The notes below the pieces were generated by a model, which did not search any database, was not told the origin of the DNA, and saw only the letters and a program-made list of their open reading frames with translations. From an uncultured Bacilli bacterium (GTDB lineage: Bacteria; Bacillota_I; Bacilli_A; RF39; UBA660): a stretch of DNA of 64,000 nt. Each line of letters starts with the position of its first letter. The first letter of the stretch is position 1. The translations under genes were made by a program, and so were the position numbers. The stretch is taken from positions 62 to 64,061 of the forward strand of contig CAKOZD010000007.1 of the NCBI GenBank assembly GCA_934131175.1, written 5' to 3'. Shown piece by piece: positions 9,656 to 18,479 of the stretch.

Positions 9656-10075
9656 ATGAAAAATAGTTATATATTTGAATATTTAGATGAAAATGATTTT
9701 AGAAAGAAAGAAAGATCAGTTAGAAAGTATAATATGCTTGCTTATAAGAAATTAACATTTACTTATTATCCAGAATTAAGAAAAGGTACATTCTTAGGTA
9801 AAGAAGTAAATAGAGATGAGAAAGCACATACAGTAAGTTATGAATTACAATTACCAACAGATGAATTATTTAAAAAAGTTCATGGTCCAATAATTTTACA
9901 CTATACTGTATATACAGAAAAGAGTATTATCCTTTTAACAAATATTACACCAGAAGGAATTTTAGATGAAGGACATAGAGCAGAATTATCAACATACAAA
10001 GGTGTAATGATTTCAAAAACTAATCCAGAAAAGGATATGTTTAAAATCAATTTACTAAATATGCTTGGAAAATAG
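9656..10075 (+). CDS. hypothetical protein
   Basis: ATG 9656 follows a GGGGG RBS, so the track's upstream GTG is unlikely to be the start. I recognised no motif. Confidence 0.65.
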   Translation: MKNSYIFEYLDENDFRKKERSVRKYNMLAYKKLTFTYYPELRKGTFLGKEVNRDEKAHTVSYELQLPTDELFKKVHGPIILHYTVYTEKSIILLTNITPEGILDEGHRAELSTYKGVMISKTNPEKDMFKINLLNMLGK

Positions 10076-10153
10076 AGAAAAAACTCTATTTTTTTTAATT
10101 TTTCTATTGCATTCCTAAAAAATTCATGCTATCATTAAATAGCAATGTGAATT

Positions 10154-10230
10154 GGACCCTTAGCTCAGTTGGTTAGAGCATCCGGCTCATAACCGGGCGG
10201 TCACAGGTTCGAGTCCTGTAGGGTCCACCA
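10154..10230 (+). tRNA. tRNA with CAT anticodon, probably tRNA-Ile2 (lysidine) rather than elongator Met
   Basis: 77-nt cloverleaf GGACCCT...AGGGTCCACCA with anticodon loop CTCATAA. The acceptor stem with C4/C5 resembles Ile2-type tRNAs. CCA is encoded. Confidence 0.85.
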
Positions 10231-10236
10231 TTCAAT

Positions 10237-10320
10237 GCGAGTATGGCGGAATTGGCAGACGCGCTAGACTTAGGATCTAGTGTCATAGACGTGCAGGTTC
10301 AACTCCTGTTACTCGCACCA
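10237..10320 (+). tRNA. tRNA-Leu (TAG anticodon)
   Basis: 84 nt, GCGAGTA...TACTCGCACCA, anticodon loop CTTAGGA, long variable arm. Confidence 0.9.
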
Positions 10321-10330
10321 TTTGTAATTT

Positions 10331-10360
10331 AAAGCAACTATCAAGTTGCTTTTTATTTTT
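10331..10360 (+). terminator. rho-independent terminator after the tRNA pair
   Basis: AAAGCAACT-ATCA-AGTTGCTTT hairpin followed by a T-run. Confidence 0.85.
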
Positions 10361-10375
10361 ATATAAGGAGTAAAT

Positions 10376-10993
10376 ATGACAACAGTATACTTAATAAGAC
10401 ATTCAAAAACATTAGATGTAAATAATGATTTATCAACAGATACATTACAAATTCAAAATGAAAAGAAAGTTCTATCTCAAGAAGGAGAAAACTTAGCAAA
10501 AAATAAATTTAATAATTCGCTTTTTAATGATATAGAAGTTATATTTGCTTCTAATTATGTAAGAACTATAGAAACTGCAAAATATATTTCAGAAAATAAT
10601 AATATAAAAATCAATATTTTAGACGGCCTAGGAGAAAGAAAATTTGGTATAAATTCATGGAATGAAAAACCAAAAGGCTTTGAAAGAAGACAATTTTTAG
10701 ATGAAAACTATAAAATTGGCGATGGAGAAAGTAAAAAAGAAGTAGAAGAGAGAATGTATGAATGCATCTTAAAAATATTAAAAGAGAACCAAAACAAAAC
10801 AATCGCAATAGTCTCTCATGCAACAGCTATATCATATTTATTAAATAAATGGTGTAATATAGAAATAGAAGATAATATGCTAAGTTATAAATATAATGGT
10901 AAAGAAATATTAAAAGGACCTATAAATTATTGTGAAACATTTAAATTAACTTTTGATATAGAAAGTAATTTAAAAAATATAGAAAAAATATAA
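10376..10993 (+). CDS. histidine phosphatase (phosphoglycerate mutase-like) family protein
   Basis: N-terminal LIRHSKT (an RHG-type motif) and a downstream SHATAI His motif. AAGGAG RBS. Confidence 0.75.
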   Translation: MTTVYLIRHSKTLDVNNDLSTDTLQIQNEKKVLSQEGENLAKNKFNNSLFNDIEVIFASNYVRTIETAKYISENNNIKINILDGLGERKFGINSWNEKPKGFERRQFLDENYKIGDGESKKEVEERMYECILKILKENQNKTIAIVSHATAISYLLNKWCNIEIEDNMLSYKYNGKEILKGPINYCETFKLTFDIESNLKNIEKI

Positions 10994-11000
10994 CAAATTA

Positions 11001-11031
11001 TTGACTCTCAAGTTAACTTTAATGTTATTAT
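11001..11031 (+). promoter_or_regulatory. MerR-type promoter/operator (19-bp spacer)
   Basis: TTGACT, 19-bp spacer, TATTAT. The spacer carries TCAAGTTAACTTTA, a near-palindrome. A 20-nt block here is identical to 43731-43750. Confidence 0.7.
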
Positions 11032-11053
11032 TAAAACGAAAGGAGACATTTTT

Positions 11054-11734
11054 ATGTATAAAATAAAAGAGTTTTCAGAAATTACGAATATACCAGTCGC
11101 AACACTTAGATACTATGATGAAATTGATTTACTATATCCAAGCTCAATAGACATAAATACAGGATATAGATATTACGAAGACAAACAATTATATAAAGCA
11201 AATCTAATAGTTGAATTAAAAAAATTAGGCTTATCATTAGATGAAATAAAAGAATATCTAAAAACTAATGATAATAAATTATTAGAAAGAAGTCTAGATA
11301 AGTATGAAGAAAAGATAAGATTACTAAAAGAGTTTATGGAAAAACAACAAGAAAAAACATATAAAATAGTAAAATCTGATATTAATAAATGGAAAGAATT
11401 AAACGGAAGCCTAAACCAAAACTGCGCATTAGCCTTAGAAATAAAGGCAAATAATGCAAACTATTACTATATTGAAGAAAACGGCAAAATAGTTGCAGAC
11501 TTTGCTGTTTATAAAGAAATGAAGTGGATAACAACAAGAAGTAGAATAATTCAAAATAAAGAATTATTTGACATTATATTAGAAGAATTAAAAAAAGATT
11601 TTGATGAGATAATGACAATCCAACCAGTAGAAAACGAAGAAATTATTAATTATTTATTAAAGACATATGAAACAACACAAGAAGAAGCATATCAAGGACC
11701 ATATAAATATTTAAAAATAAGAATAAAACTATAA
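11054..11734 (+). CDS. MerR-family transcriptional regulator with a C-terminal effector-like domain
   Basis: N-terminal IKEFSEITNIPVATLRYYDEIDLL...GYRYY is a MerR HTH. Confidence 0.85.
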   Translation: MYKIKEFSEITNIPVATLRYYDEIDLLYPSSIDINTGYRYYEDKQLYKANLIVELKKLGLSLDEIKEYLKTNDNKLLERSLDKYEEKIRLLKEFMEKQQEKTYKIVKSDINKWKELNGSLNQNCALALEIKANNANYYYIEENGKIVADFAVYKEMKWITTRSRIIQNKELFDIILEELKKDFDEIMTIQPVENEEIINYLLKTYETTQEEAYQGPYKYLKIRIKL

Positions 11735-11765
11735 TACTATTACTTTTAATAGTATTTTTATTTTT
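11733..11765 (+). terminator. rho-independent terminator
   Basis: AATACTATTA-CTTT-TAATAGTATT hairpin followed by a T-run. Confidence 0.75.
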
Positions 11766-11816
11766 ATATATTTAAGCTATATGTGGTATTATAATAATAT
11801 ATAGAGGAGGAATAAT

Positions 11817-12557
11817 ATGTTAAATGATAAAGTAGCAATTATAACAGGAGGTACAAGAGGTATAGGTTTTGCGATAGCTAAAAAGTTTTTAGAAAATAAT
11901 GCTAAAGTAGTAATACTAGGTTCTAGAAAAGAAACAGTAAATAAAGCGTTAGAAAGTTTAAAAGAAGAAAATGAAAATTATGAAGTAGATGGATACTACC
12001 CAGATTTAACAAATGAAAATGAAGTTAGAGAAACATTTGAAAAAGTAAAAGAAAAGTATAACCATATTGATATTTTAGTAAATAATGCTGGAGTATCATC
12101 ATCTATGCCAATAGAAAACTATACAATGGATGAGTATGAAAGAGTAGAAAATTTAAATATAAAATCAGTATTTGTATGTTCAAAAGAAGTTTTACCATAT
12201 TTAAAAGAAACTAAAGGAGTAATTTTAAATACAAGTTCAATGGTTAGTATTTATGGTCAACCAAGCGGAGTAATGTACCCAACAAGTAAATTTGCAGTTA
12301 ATGGTATGACAAAGTCCCTTGCAAGAGAAGTTGCAAAATACGGAATAAGAGTAAATGCCGTAGCACCAGGAATCACAAATACAGACATGGTTAAAAATTT
12401 ACCAGAAAACGTTATAGAACCATTAATAAAATCAATTCCATTAGGAAGAATAGGAGAACCAGAAGATATAGCAAATGCCTTCTTATTCCTAGCAAGTCCT
12501 CTTGCAAGTTATATAACAGGAGTTATCTTATCAGTAGATGGTCTAGCAAGAAGCTAA
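11817..12557 (+). CDS. short-chain dehydrogenase/reductase (FabG-like)
   Basis: TGGTRGIG cofactor motif, NNAG, and a YxxxK catalytic motif (YPTSK). Confidence 0.85.
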   Translation: MLNDKVAIITGGTRGIGFAIAKKFLENNAKVVILGSRKETVNKALESLKEENENYEVDGYYPDLTNENEVRETFEKVKEKYNHIDILVNNAGVSSSMPIENYTMDEYERVENLNIKSVFVCSKEVLPYLKETKGVILNTSSMVSIYGQPSGVMYPTSKFAVNGMTKSLAREVAKYGIRVNAVAPGITNTDMVKNLPENVIEPLIKSIPLGRIGEPEDIANAFLFLASPLASYITGVILSVDGLARS

Positions 12558-12635
12558 TTAAGATTATTAAGTAGAAAATTTTCTCTTTTTCTGTTATTAT
12601 ATATAACAAGTTTTAATTAAGGAAAGGAGATAAAT

Positions 12636-13343
12636 ATGGTTTACTATAATAGAAATTTTCAAAAATTAGAATTACAAAATATGGAATATCTAAATCAAGG
12701 TGATTGTGGAAAAGTATCACATAATGATGAAATAATATTAAAAGAATATTTTGACTTTACCCATAATAGCTATAGAATAAAAACAAATGTATTTGATACA
12801 TTAAAAAGTATTGATGATAAACATTTAATTGAATTATATGACATTTATACTGCAAAAACTAAAATAAAAATATTTTTTGAAAAATTATTACAATATCAAT
12901 TTGAAATAGATTGTTATACAGCAAAATATTATAGTGATAATAGTGTAAACGCACTAAACGAACCAAAGGAATATCTCTTAGAAAACTTATTTGAATTACA
13001 AAAACTATTTAATATATTAACAGAAAATAATATTTGTACGATGGATGTGAAAAGAGCAAATACAATAATTGGAAAAGAAGGGATTGTTATAATTGATCCG
13101 GATTTATTTTATATACCAAAGAAAAAAGAAAACGTTGCCTTAATAAATCAGTTAAATTTATTAAATTTATTTAAAAGTATTTGCCTAACGTCAATTGATA
13201 CAAAAAGAGACTTAGATGATATTTTAAAATACCTTGAAAAAGAAGTTTTAGATTTTGATTTAACAGAAAAAACAGATATTTCATATGAAATATCAAAAAA
13301 ATTAAAATATAGAAGATGTCCTAAAGATATATTTATTCATTAA
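12636..13343 (+). CDS. small protein-kinase-like fold protein (hypothetical)
   Basis: MDVKRANTII resembles the D-x-K-x-x-N catalytic loop and IIDPDLF resembles a DFG-like motif. An N-terminal Gly-containing loop is followed by ILKEY. Confidence 0.55.
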   Translation: MVYYNRNFQKLELQNMEYLNQGDCGKVSHNDEIILKEYFDFTHNSYRIKTNVFDTLKSIDDKHLIELYDIYTAKTKIKIFFEKLLQYQFEIDCYTAKYYSDNSVNALNEPKEYLLENLFELQKLFNILTENNICTMDVKRANTIIGKEGIVIIDPDLFYIPKKKENVALINQLNLLNLFKSICLTSIDTKRDLDDILKYLEKEVLDFDLTEKTDISYEISKKLKYRRCPKDIFIH

Positions 13344-13357
13344 ATAAAGGAGCAAAT

Positions 13358-13909
13358 ATGAAAAGATGTAAATGGTGTAATTTAAAAAATGAAAAATATA
13401 TAAAATATCATGATGAAGAGTGGGGAGTACCAAACTTCGATGATAAATATCTATTTGAAATGTTAATATTAGAATCATTTCAAGCAGGATTATCTTGGGA
13501 ATGTGTTTTAAATAAAAGAGAAGCCTTCGAAAAAGCATATGATAATTTTGATATAGAAAAAATTATAAACTATGATGAGGTAAAAATATTAGAATTATCA
13601 GAAAATAAAAATATAATAAGAAATAAATTAAAGATAAAAGCAAGTATAAATAATGCCAAAGTATTTAAAAATATAGAAGAAGAATACCAAACATTTTATA
13701 ATTATTTGAAGTCATATACAAAAGATAAAATAATTTATGAAAATGATAAAGCAGCATCTCCTCTTTCAGATGCAATTTCAAAAGATTTAATAAAAAGGGG
13801 AATGAAATTTGTTGGAACAACTATAATATATTCATATCTTCAAGCTATTGGTGTAATAAATTCTCATGAAGATGATTGTTATTTATATAAGAAGGGAAGA
13901 AATAAATGA
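13358..13909 (+). CDS. tag: DNA-3-methyladenine glycosylase I
   Basis: CKWC...YHDEEWGVP...LFEMLILESFQAGLSW is the Tag signature. Confidence 0.9.
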   Translation: MKRCKWCNLKNEKYIKYHDEEWGVPNFDDKYLFEMLILESFQAGLSWECVLNKREAFEKAYDNFDIEKIINYDEVKILELSENKNIIRNKLKIKASINNAKVFKNIEEEYQTFYNYLKSYTKDKIIYENDKAASPLSDAISKDLIKRGMKFVGTTIIYSYLQAIGVINSHEDDCYLYKKGRNK

Positions 13910-14469
13910 AAGTTTTATTATTAAATGGAAGTCCTCATAAAAATGGAGAAGCATATAAAGCATTATCAATTGTAGAAGAAAGTTTAAAAGCAAATGGAAT
14001 AGATTCAGAATGGTTCTGGTTAGGAACAAAGCCAGTAAGAGGTTGTATTGCTTGTGGTAGTTGTGCAAATACTAATAGATGTGCATTTAATGACGATATA
14101 GCAAACGAACTAATAGAAAAAATAATAGATTGTGATGGATTGATAATTGGAACACCAGTTTATTTTTCAGGGGCAAATGGTGCTTTAACAGCAGTCTTAG
14201 ATAGAGTGTTTTATGCTGCTCAAACTAAAGGAACATTGTTTAATGGAAAACCTGCCGCAACAATTGCTACTATGTATAGGTCTGGCGCAAACCACGCAAT
14301 AGATAGAATAAATAAATATTTTCTATTTAATAATATGCCAGTTATCCCAACAAGTTATTGGAGCCTAAAATTTGCAGATAACTCATCAGTAGAAAATGAT
14401 GAGAAAGGAAAAATTACCATGAAAAATTTAGGAATAAACATGGCAGAATATTTAAAAAAGACTCACTAA
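13906..14469 (+). CDS. flavodoxin-fold NAD(P)H-dependent FMN reductase / iron-sulfur flavoprotein-like
   Basis: LLLNGSPHKNG plus a CIACGSC...C cysteine cluster. ATGA overlap with tag. Confidence 0.7.
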   Translation: MKVLLLNGSPHKNGEAYKALSIVEESLKANGIDSEWFWLGTKPVRGCIACGSCANTNRCAFNDDIANELIEKIIDCDGLIIGTPVYFSGANGALTAVLDRVFYAAQTKGTLFNGKPAATIATMYRSGANHAIDRINKYFLFNNMPVIPTSYWSLKFADNSSVENDEKGKITMKNLGINMAEYLKKTH

Positions 14470-14475
14470 TATTAG

Positions 14476-14910
14476 TTAGTGAGTTTCTTTATATAATTTT
14501 TGGATATCTAAAGGCATATCTTCAACAGACATATTTTTAACTTTATTAACTGTGCCATCTTCTAGTGCTTTAGAATAATACCATTGTTTAAACTTAATAA
14601 GTTTTAAAGCATTCTCAAGAAGAGTAATTTGATTATTAATATTTACTTCTTGTTCAAAAAAAATATCACGACGTTCTCTTATTGTAGTATCTCCAATTCT
14701 ACATAAATCCATAAAGTGTTTTATTTCACTTATTTTCATACCAGAATTTTTTAAACATTCAATCATTCTAATTGAATCTAAGTCATCTTTAGAAAATATT
14801 CTAATTCCTCCGTCAGTTCTATTAATATCTGGAAGAAGTCCATGTTTATCATAATATCTTAATGTTGAGATAGATAAACCAGTAATTTTTGATATTTCTC
14901 CGATTTGCAT
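14476..14910 (-). CDS. MerR-family regulator, NmlR/AdhR-like
   Basis: MQIGEISKITGLSISTLRYYDKHGLL HTH and a single conserved-position Cys (IECLKNSGM). ATG 14910 is 8 nt after a GGAGG RBS, so the track's TTG at 14925 is unlikely. Confidence 0.8.
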   Translation of the reverse strand: MQIGEISKITGLSISTLRYYDKHGLLPDINRTDGGIRIFSKDDLDSIRMIECLKNSGMKISEIKHFMDLCRIGDTTIRERRDIFFEQEVNINNQITLLENALKLIKFKQWYYSKALEDGTVNKVKNMSVEDMPLDIQKLYKETH

Positions 14911-14932
14911 AAATATAACCTCCAAAAAAGTA

Positions 14933-14963
14933 TTGACCTAAACCAAGGTTTAGATAATATACT
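14933..14963 (+). promoter_or_regulatory. MerR-type promoter/operator for the DXS-like gene
   Basis: TTGACC, 19-bp spacer, TATACT. The 16-bp dyad CTAAACC-AA-GGTTTAG (7-bp arms, 14938-14953) begins at the last base of the -35 hexamer and runs into the spacer. Confidence 0.7.
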
Positions 14964-15013
14964 TATTTTAGTACTAATAAATAAATTAGTCAAATTAAAA
15001 ACAGGAGGTAAAT

Positions 15014-16777
15014 ATGTATAATATATTAAATAAAATTAATAGTCCAGAAGACGTAAAAAAATTAAGTATAAAAGAATTAAATGACTTAGCAAGTGATGTA
15101 AGAGAAGCTTTATTTAATAGATTAACTAAAGTAGGAGGACACTTCGGTCCAAACTTTGGTATGGTAGAGGCAACAATTGCTCTTCATTATGTCTTTAATT
15201 CTCCAAAAGATAAGTTTGTTTTTGATGTATCACACCAAGCATATACTCATAAAATGTTAACAGGAAGAAAAAACGGTTATATTAATGATGAACATTTTAT
15301 AGAAGACTCAGGATATACTAATCCAGAAGAGAGTGAACATGACTTATTTAATGTTGGTCACACTTCAACTTCTATTTCATTAGCAACAGGTCTTGCTAAA
15401 GGAAGGGATTTAAAAGGAACACACGAAAATATCATTGCCATAATAGGAGATGGTTCATTATCCGGTGGAGAAGCCTTAGAAGGATTAAACGTTGCTGGTT
15501 CTGAACTAAATTCAAATATTATAATAATTGTAAATGATAACCAACAATCAATCTCAGAAACCCATGGAGGAATATATAAAAGTTTAAAAGATTTAAGAGA
15601 GACTAATGGAACATCTTCTAATAATATTTTTAAAACATTTGGACTTCACTATATCTATGAAAATGATGGAAACAATATTGAGAAAATGATTAAAGTTTTA
15701 GAAAAAGTAAAAGATATAAATCATCCAGTTGTAGTACATATCAATACACAAAAAGGAAAAGGTTATAAGCTAGCTGAAGAAAATAAAGAGGCTTGGCATT
15801 GGACACTACCTTTCGATAGAGAAACAGGTAAACCAACAATAAAATTTTCAGGAGAAAATTATACAATGCTTGCTAGAAAATTCATTTTAGAGCGAGCTAC
15901 AAAGGATAAAACATTTGCAGTAATTACACCAAATATGCCAGGAAGTATGGCTTTATCAATAGAAGATAGAAAACTATTAGGGGATAGATTTATTGATGTT
16001 GGAATTGCTGAAGAACAAGCAGTTGCAATGGCATCTGGTATGGCAAAACAGGGAATGAACCCACTTATAATTACTAATATGACATTTATGCAAAGAACAT
16101 ATGACCAAGTGTCTCATGATGTATGTATAAATAACCAGCCAGTAACATTCTTATTAAATTATACTGCATTTGATGGCTTAACAGATGTAACTCATTTAGG
16201 AATATTTGGTTTATCTTTATTTACAAATATTCCGAATTTAGTAGTGCTTGCTCCAACGTCACGTGAAGAATTTGAAAGTATGTTAGACTATTCAATTACA
16301 GAAAGAAAACATCCAACAATGATACTAATCCCAGGAAATGAAGTAACAAGTAGAAAAATGTTAAATAGTGTAGAAGAACTAAATAAATATGAAATAGTTG
16401 AAAAAGGAAAAGATGTAGCAATAATCGCATTAGGTGATTTCTTTCAAAAAGGACAAACTCTATCTAAAAAGATAGAAGAAGAATTAAAAATAAAACCTAC
16501 ATTAATAAACCCAAGATTTGCATCAGCCTTAGATAAGGAATTATTAAATAATTTATTAAAAGATCATAAATTAGTTATCACTTTAGAAGACGGAATATTA
16601 AATGGCGGTTTTGGAGAAAAAATAGCAAGTTATTATGGAACGAGCGATATAAAAGTAAAAAACTATGGCTTAGACAAAAAATTCTATGATAGATATAATC
16701 CAGAAGAATTATTAAAAACGCTTGGTATGGATTATGAAAGCATTATAGTTGACATCAAAAACATATTAAATAAATAA
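15014..16777 (+). CDS. dxs: 1-deoxy-D-xylulose-5-phosphate synthase family (transketolase-like) protein
   Basis: GGHFGPNFGMVEATIALHYVF, DVSHQAYTHKMLTGR, GDGSLSGGEALEGLN (TPP motif) and GIAEEQAV. Confidence 0.8.
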   Translation: MYNILNKINSPEDVKKLSIKELNDLASDVREALFNRLTKVGGHFGPNFGMVEATIALHYVFNSPKDKFVFDVSHQAYTHKMLTGRKNGYINDEHFIEDSGYTNPEESEHDLFNVGHTSTSISLATGLAKGRDLKGTHENIIAIIGDGSLSGGEALEGLNVAGSELNSNIIIIVNDNQQSISETHGGIYKSLKDLRETNGTSSNNIFKTFGLHYIYENDGNNIEKMIKVLEKVKDINHPVVVHINTQKGKGYKLAEENKEAWHWTLPFDRETGKPTIKFSGENYTMLARKFILERATKDKTFAVITPNMPGSMALSIEDRKLLGDRFIDVGIAEEQAVAMASGMAKQGMNPLIITNMTFMQRTYDQVSHDVCINNQPVTFLLNYTAFDGLTDVTHLGIFGLSLFTNIPNLVVLAPTSREEFESMLDYSITERKHPTMILIPGNEVTSRKMLNSVEELNKYEIVEKGKDVAIIALGDFFQKGQTLSKKIEEELKIKPTLINPRFASALDKELLNNLLKDHKLVITLEDGILNGGFGEKIASYYGTSDIKVKNYGLDKKFYDRYNPEELLKTLGMDYESIIVDIKNILNK

Positions 16778-16782
16778 TTTAT

Positions 16783-16808
16783 GAAGAAGAGTAATTCTTC
16801 TTTTTTTC
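16783..16808 (+). terminator. rho-independent terminator
   Basis: GAAGAA-GAGTAA-TTCTTC hairpin followed by T7. Confidence 0.65.
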
Positions 16809-16837
16809 TTGAAAAATTAATGAGTTTATAGTATAAT
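16809..16837 (+). promoter_or_regulatory. sigma-A type promoter
   Basis: TTGAAA, 17-bp spacer, TATAAT. Confidence 0.7.
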
Positions 16838-16868
16838 ATGTGTAATTTAATGGGGAAGGTTGTGTATT

Positions 16869-18383
16869 ATGAAAACAATAGAATTTTTTAAAGGATTAGA
16901 AGATCCAATAAAGAAGAAAGAAACAATAGATAAACTAGTAGAATGTTATGAAGAAAGCTATAAGTTAGATTATGAGAGATATTCTCATTCTATGTATGAA
17001 AAGATAGTAAAAACTATGTTTGATAAAAAGGTTATAAGTAGATACAATGTAAGAGAAAGATTTAATTTTGAATTATATTGTTTTAACGAATGGAAAAATA
17101 GTATTTTAAATTATAACATAAATAATATACATCAAGATTATCAATTAGGATTTATAAAGTTACAAAGAAGATTAAGAAACTTTAATCCAACAACTGTAGA
17201 AGAAATATATGATTTTTTAGAAAATACATATGAAGAAACAAATAGTCCACTATATACAAAGGATGAAGATTATCAAAAAGTACTTAATTCAGTAAGATAT
17301 AATAGAATAGGTGAAGATTCCACTTGGCAACATGTAGCATCAAATTATATTTATATGAACCAACAAACATCGTACACTGTACATCATAGATTTTATATAA
17401 ATACAGACTCAACATATACAGATTATTTTGCAAGACTATTAATGGAAAAGTGTAAAGATAAAAAATACAAATATTATTTTAAACTTGATAATTTTGGAAA
17501 TAGAGCAGATACTATAGTTGTGTATTGCAGTGATACCAATTTATTAAAGTTCTTAGATATTTTAAAGGAAATAAAAAAAGAACATCCAGAATTAGAAGGT
17601 CATTTACATAGACCGCCATTTTTAACAGCAAACATTGACGATTGGATAGGTTATGCATCAGAACCATCAGTGAAAGATGGTGACAAACGTTTTTCTTTTA
17701 ACTCATTAAGAACTAGAGTACTTGATGAATCAATGACTAAACTAAATAAAGAATGGATAAGAAAAAACAAAAATAATGATATCATATCAAATGGGACAAA
17801 AAGTAAATTTATAGACTACATTACAGAAATGGTTTTAAATGAACAAATGGCATCATTTAAAAGAACTGAAAAACATGACGTTTTCTCTAAAACAGATGTA
17901 GAATTTGCTAATAAAAATGGTTTTAAAAGAGAATCATTAAATAGTCCTAAATTTATATCTATGTATAGAAACTATGTAAAAAAAGAAATTATAAAATTAA
18001 TAGATAAAATAGATAACTATACTCCATCAGATATAGATAACCTTATAGGTTATAATGGAAAAAGTATAAAATTAGAAAAACAAAGTATAGAAAAAGCTTT
18101 AAGAAAGATGCTATATATTACAAGAGCAAACATTCCAAACTTTGATGATAAATTAAGAGAAGAAATCTATCAAAGAGGAGAAAAATATAATTTAACTAAA
18201 CAAAACATAGCATTCGATTCAGAATATGTTTATACAACAATAAGTAAAGAACAACAATCTACTACAGAAAGTAAAGCATCACAGCAAACAAAACAACAAT
18301 CTAAAGAAAAACCAAAACAATATACATATAAACCAATGACAGACCAAGAAATATTAGATGCTAGAAGAAAAATTGGACTATAG
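16869..18383 (+). CDS. hypothetical protein, possibly HopA1-like effector-family fold
   Basis: ATG 16869 follows a GGGGAAGG RBS. The block HRFYINTD...YFKLDNFGNRADTIVVYC recalls the pattern of proteins annotated as T3SS effector HopA1 family. This is a tentative call. Confidence 0.5.
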   Translation: MKTIEFFKGLEDPIKKKETIDKLVECYEESYKLDYERYSHSMYEKIVKTMFDKKVISRYNVRERFNFELYCFNEWKNSILNYNINNIHQDYQLGFIKLQRRLRNFNPTTVEEIYDFLENTYEETNSPLYTKDEDYQKVLNSVRYNRIGEDSTWQHVASNYIYMNQQTSYTVHHRFYINTDSTYTDYFARLLMEKCKDKKYKYYFKLDNFGNRADTIVVYCSDTNLLKFLDILKEIKKEHPELEGHLHRPPFLTANIDDWIGYASEPSVKDGDKRFSFNSLRTRVLDESMTKLNKEWIRKNKNNDIISNGTKSKFIDYITEMVLNEQMASFKRTEKHDVFSKTDVEFANKNGFKRESLNSPKFISMYRNYVKKEIIKLIDKIDNYTPSDIDNLIGYNGKSIKLEKQSIEKALRKMLYITRANIPNFDDKLREEIYQRGEKYNLTKQNIAFDSEYVYTTISKEQQSTTESKASQQTKQQSKEKPKQYTYKPMTDQEILDARRKIGL

Positions 18384-18399
18384 AATTCAAATTTAATTA

Positions 18400-18430
18400 A
18401 AAAGGTGATATTAATCGCCTTTTTATTTTG
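18400..18430 (+). terminator. rho-independent terminator
   Basis: AAAGGTGAT-ATTA-ATCGCCTTT hairpin with one G-U pair, followed by a T-run. Confidence 0.75.
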
Positions 18431-18479
18431 AATTCATAATAAGAAATGTTATAATAACTAATTAAAAGAGGTAGATATT

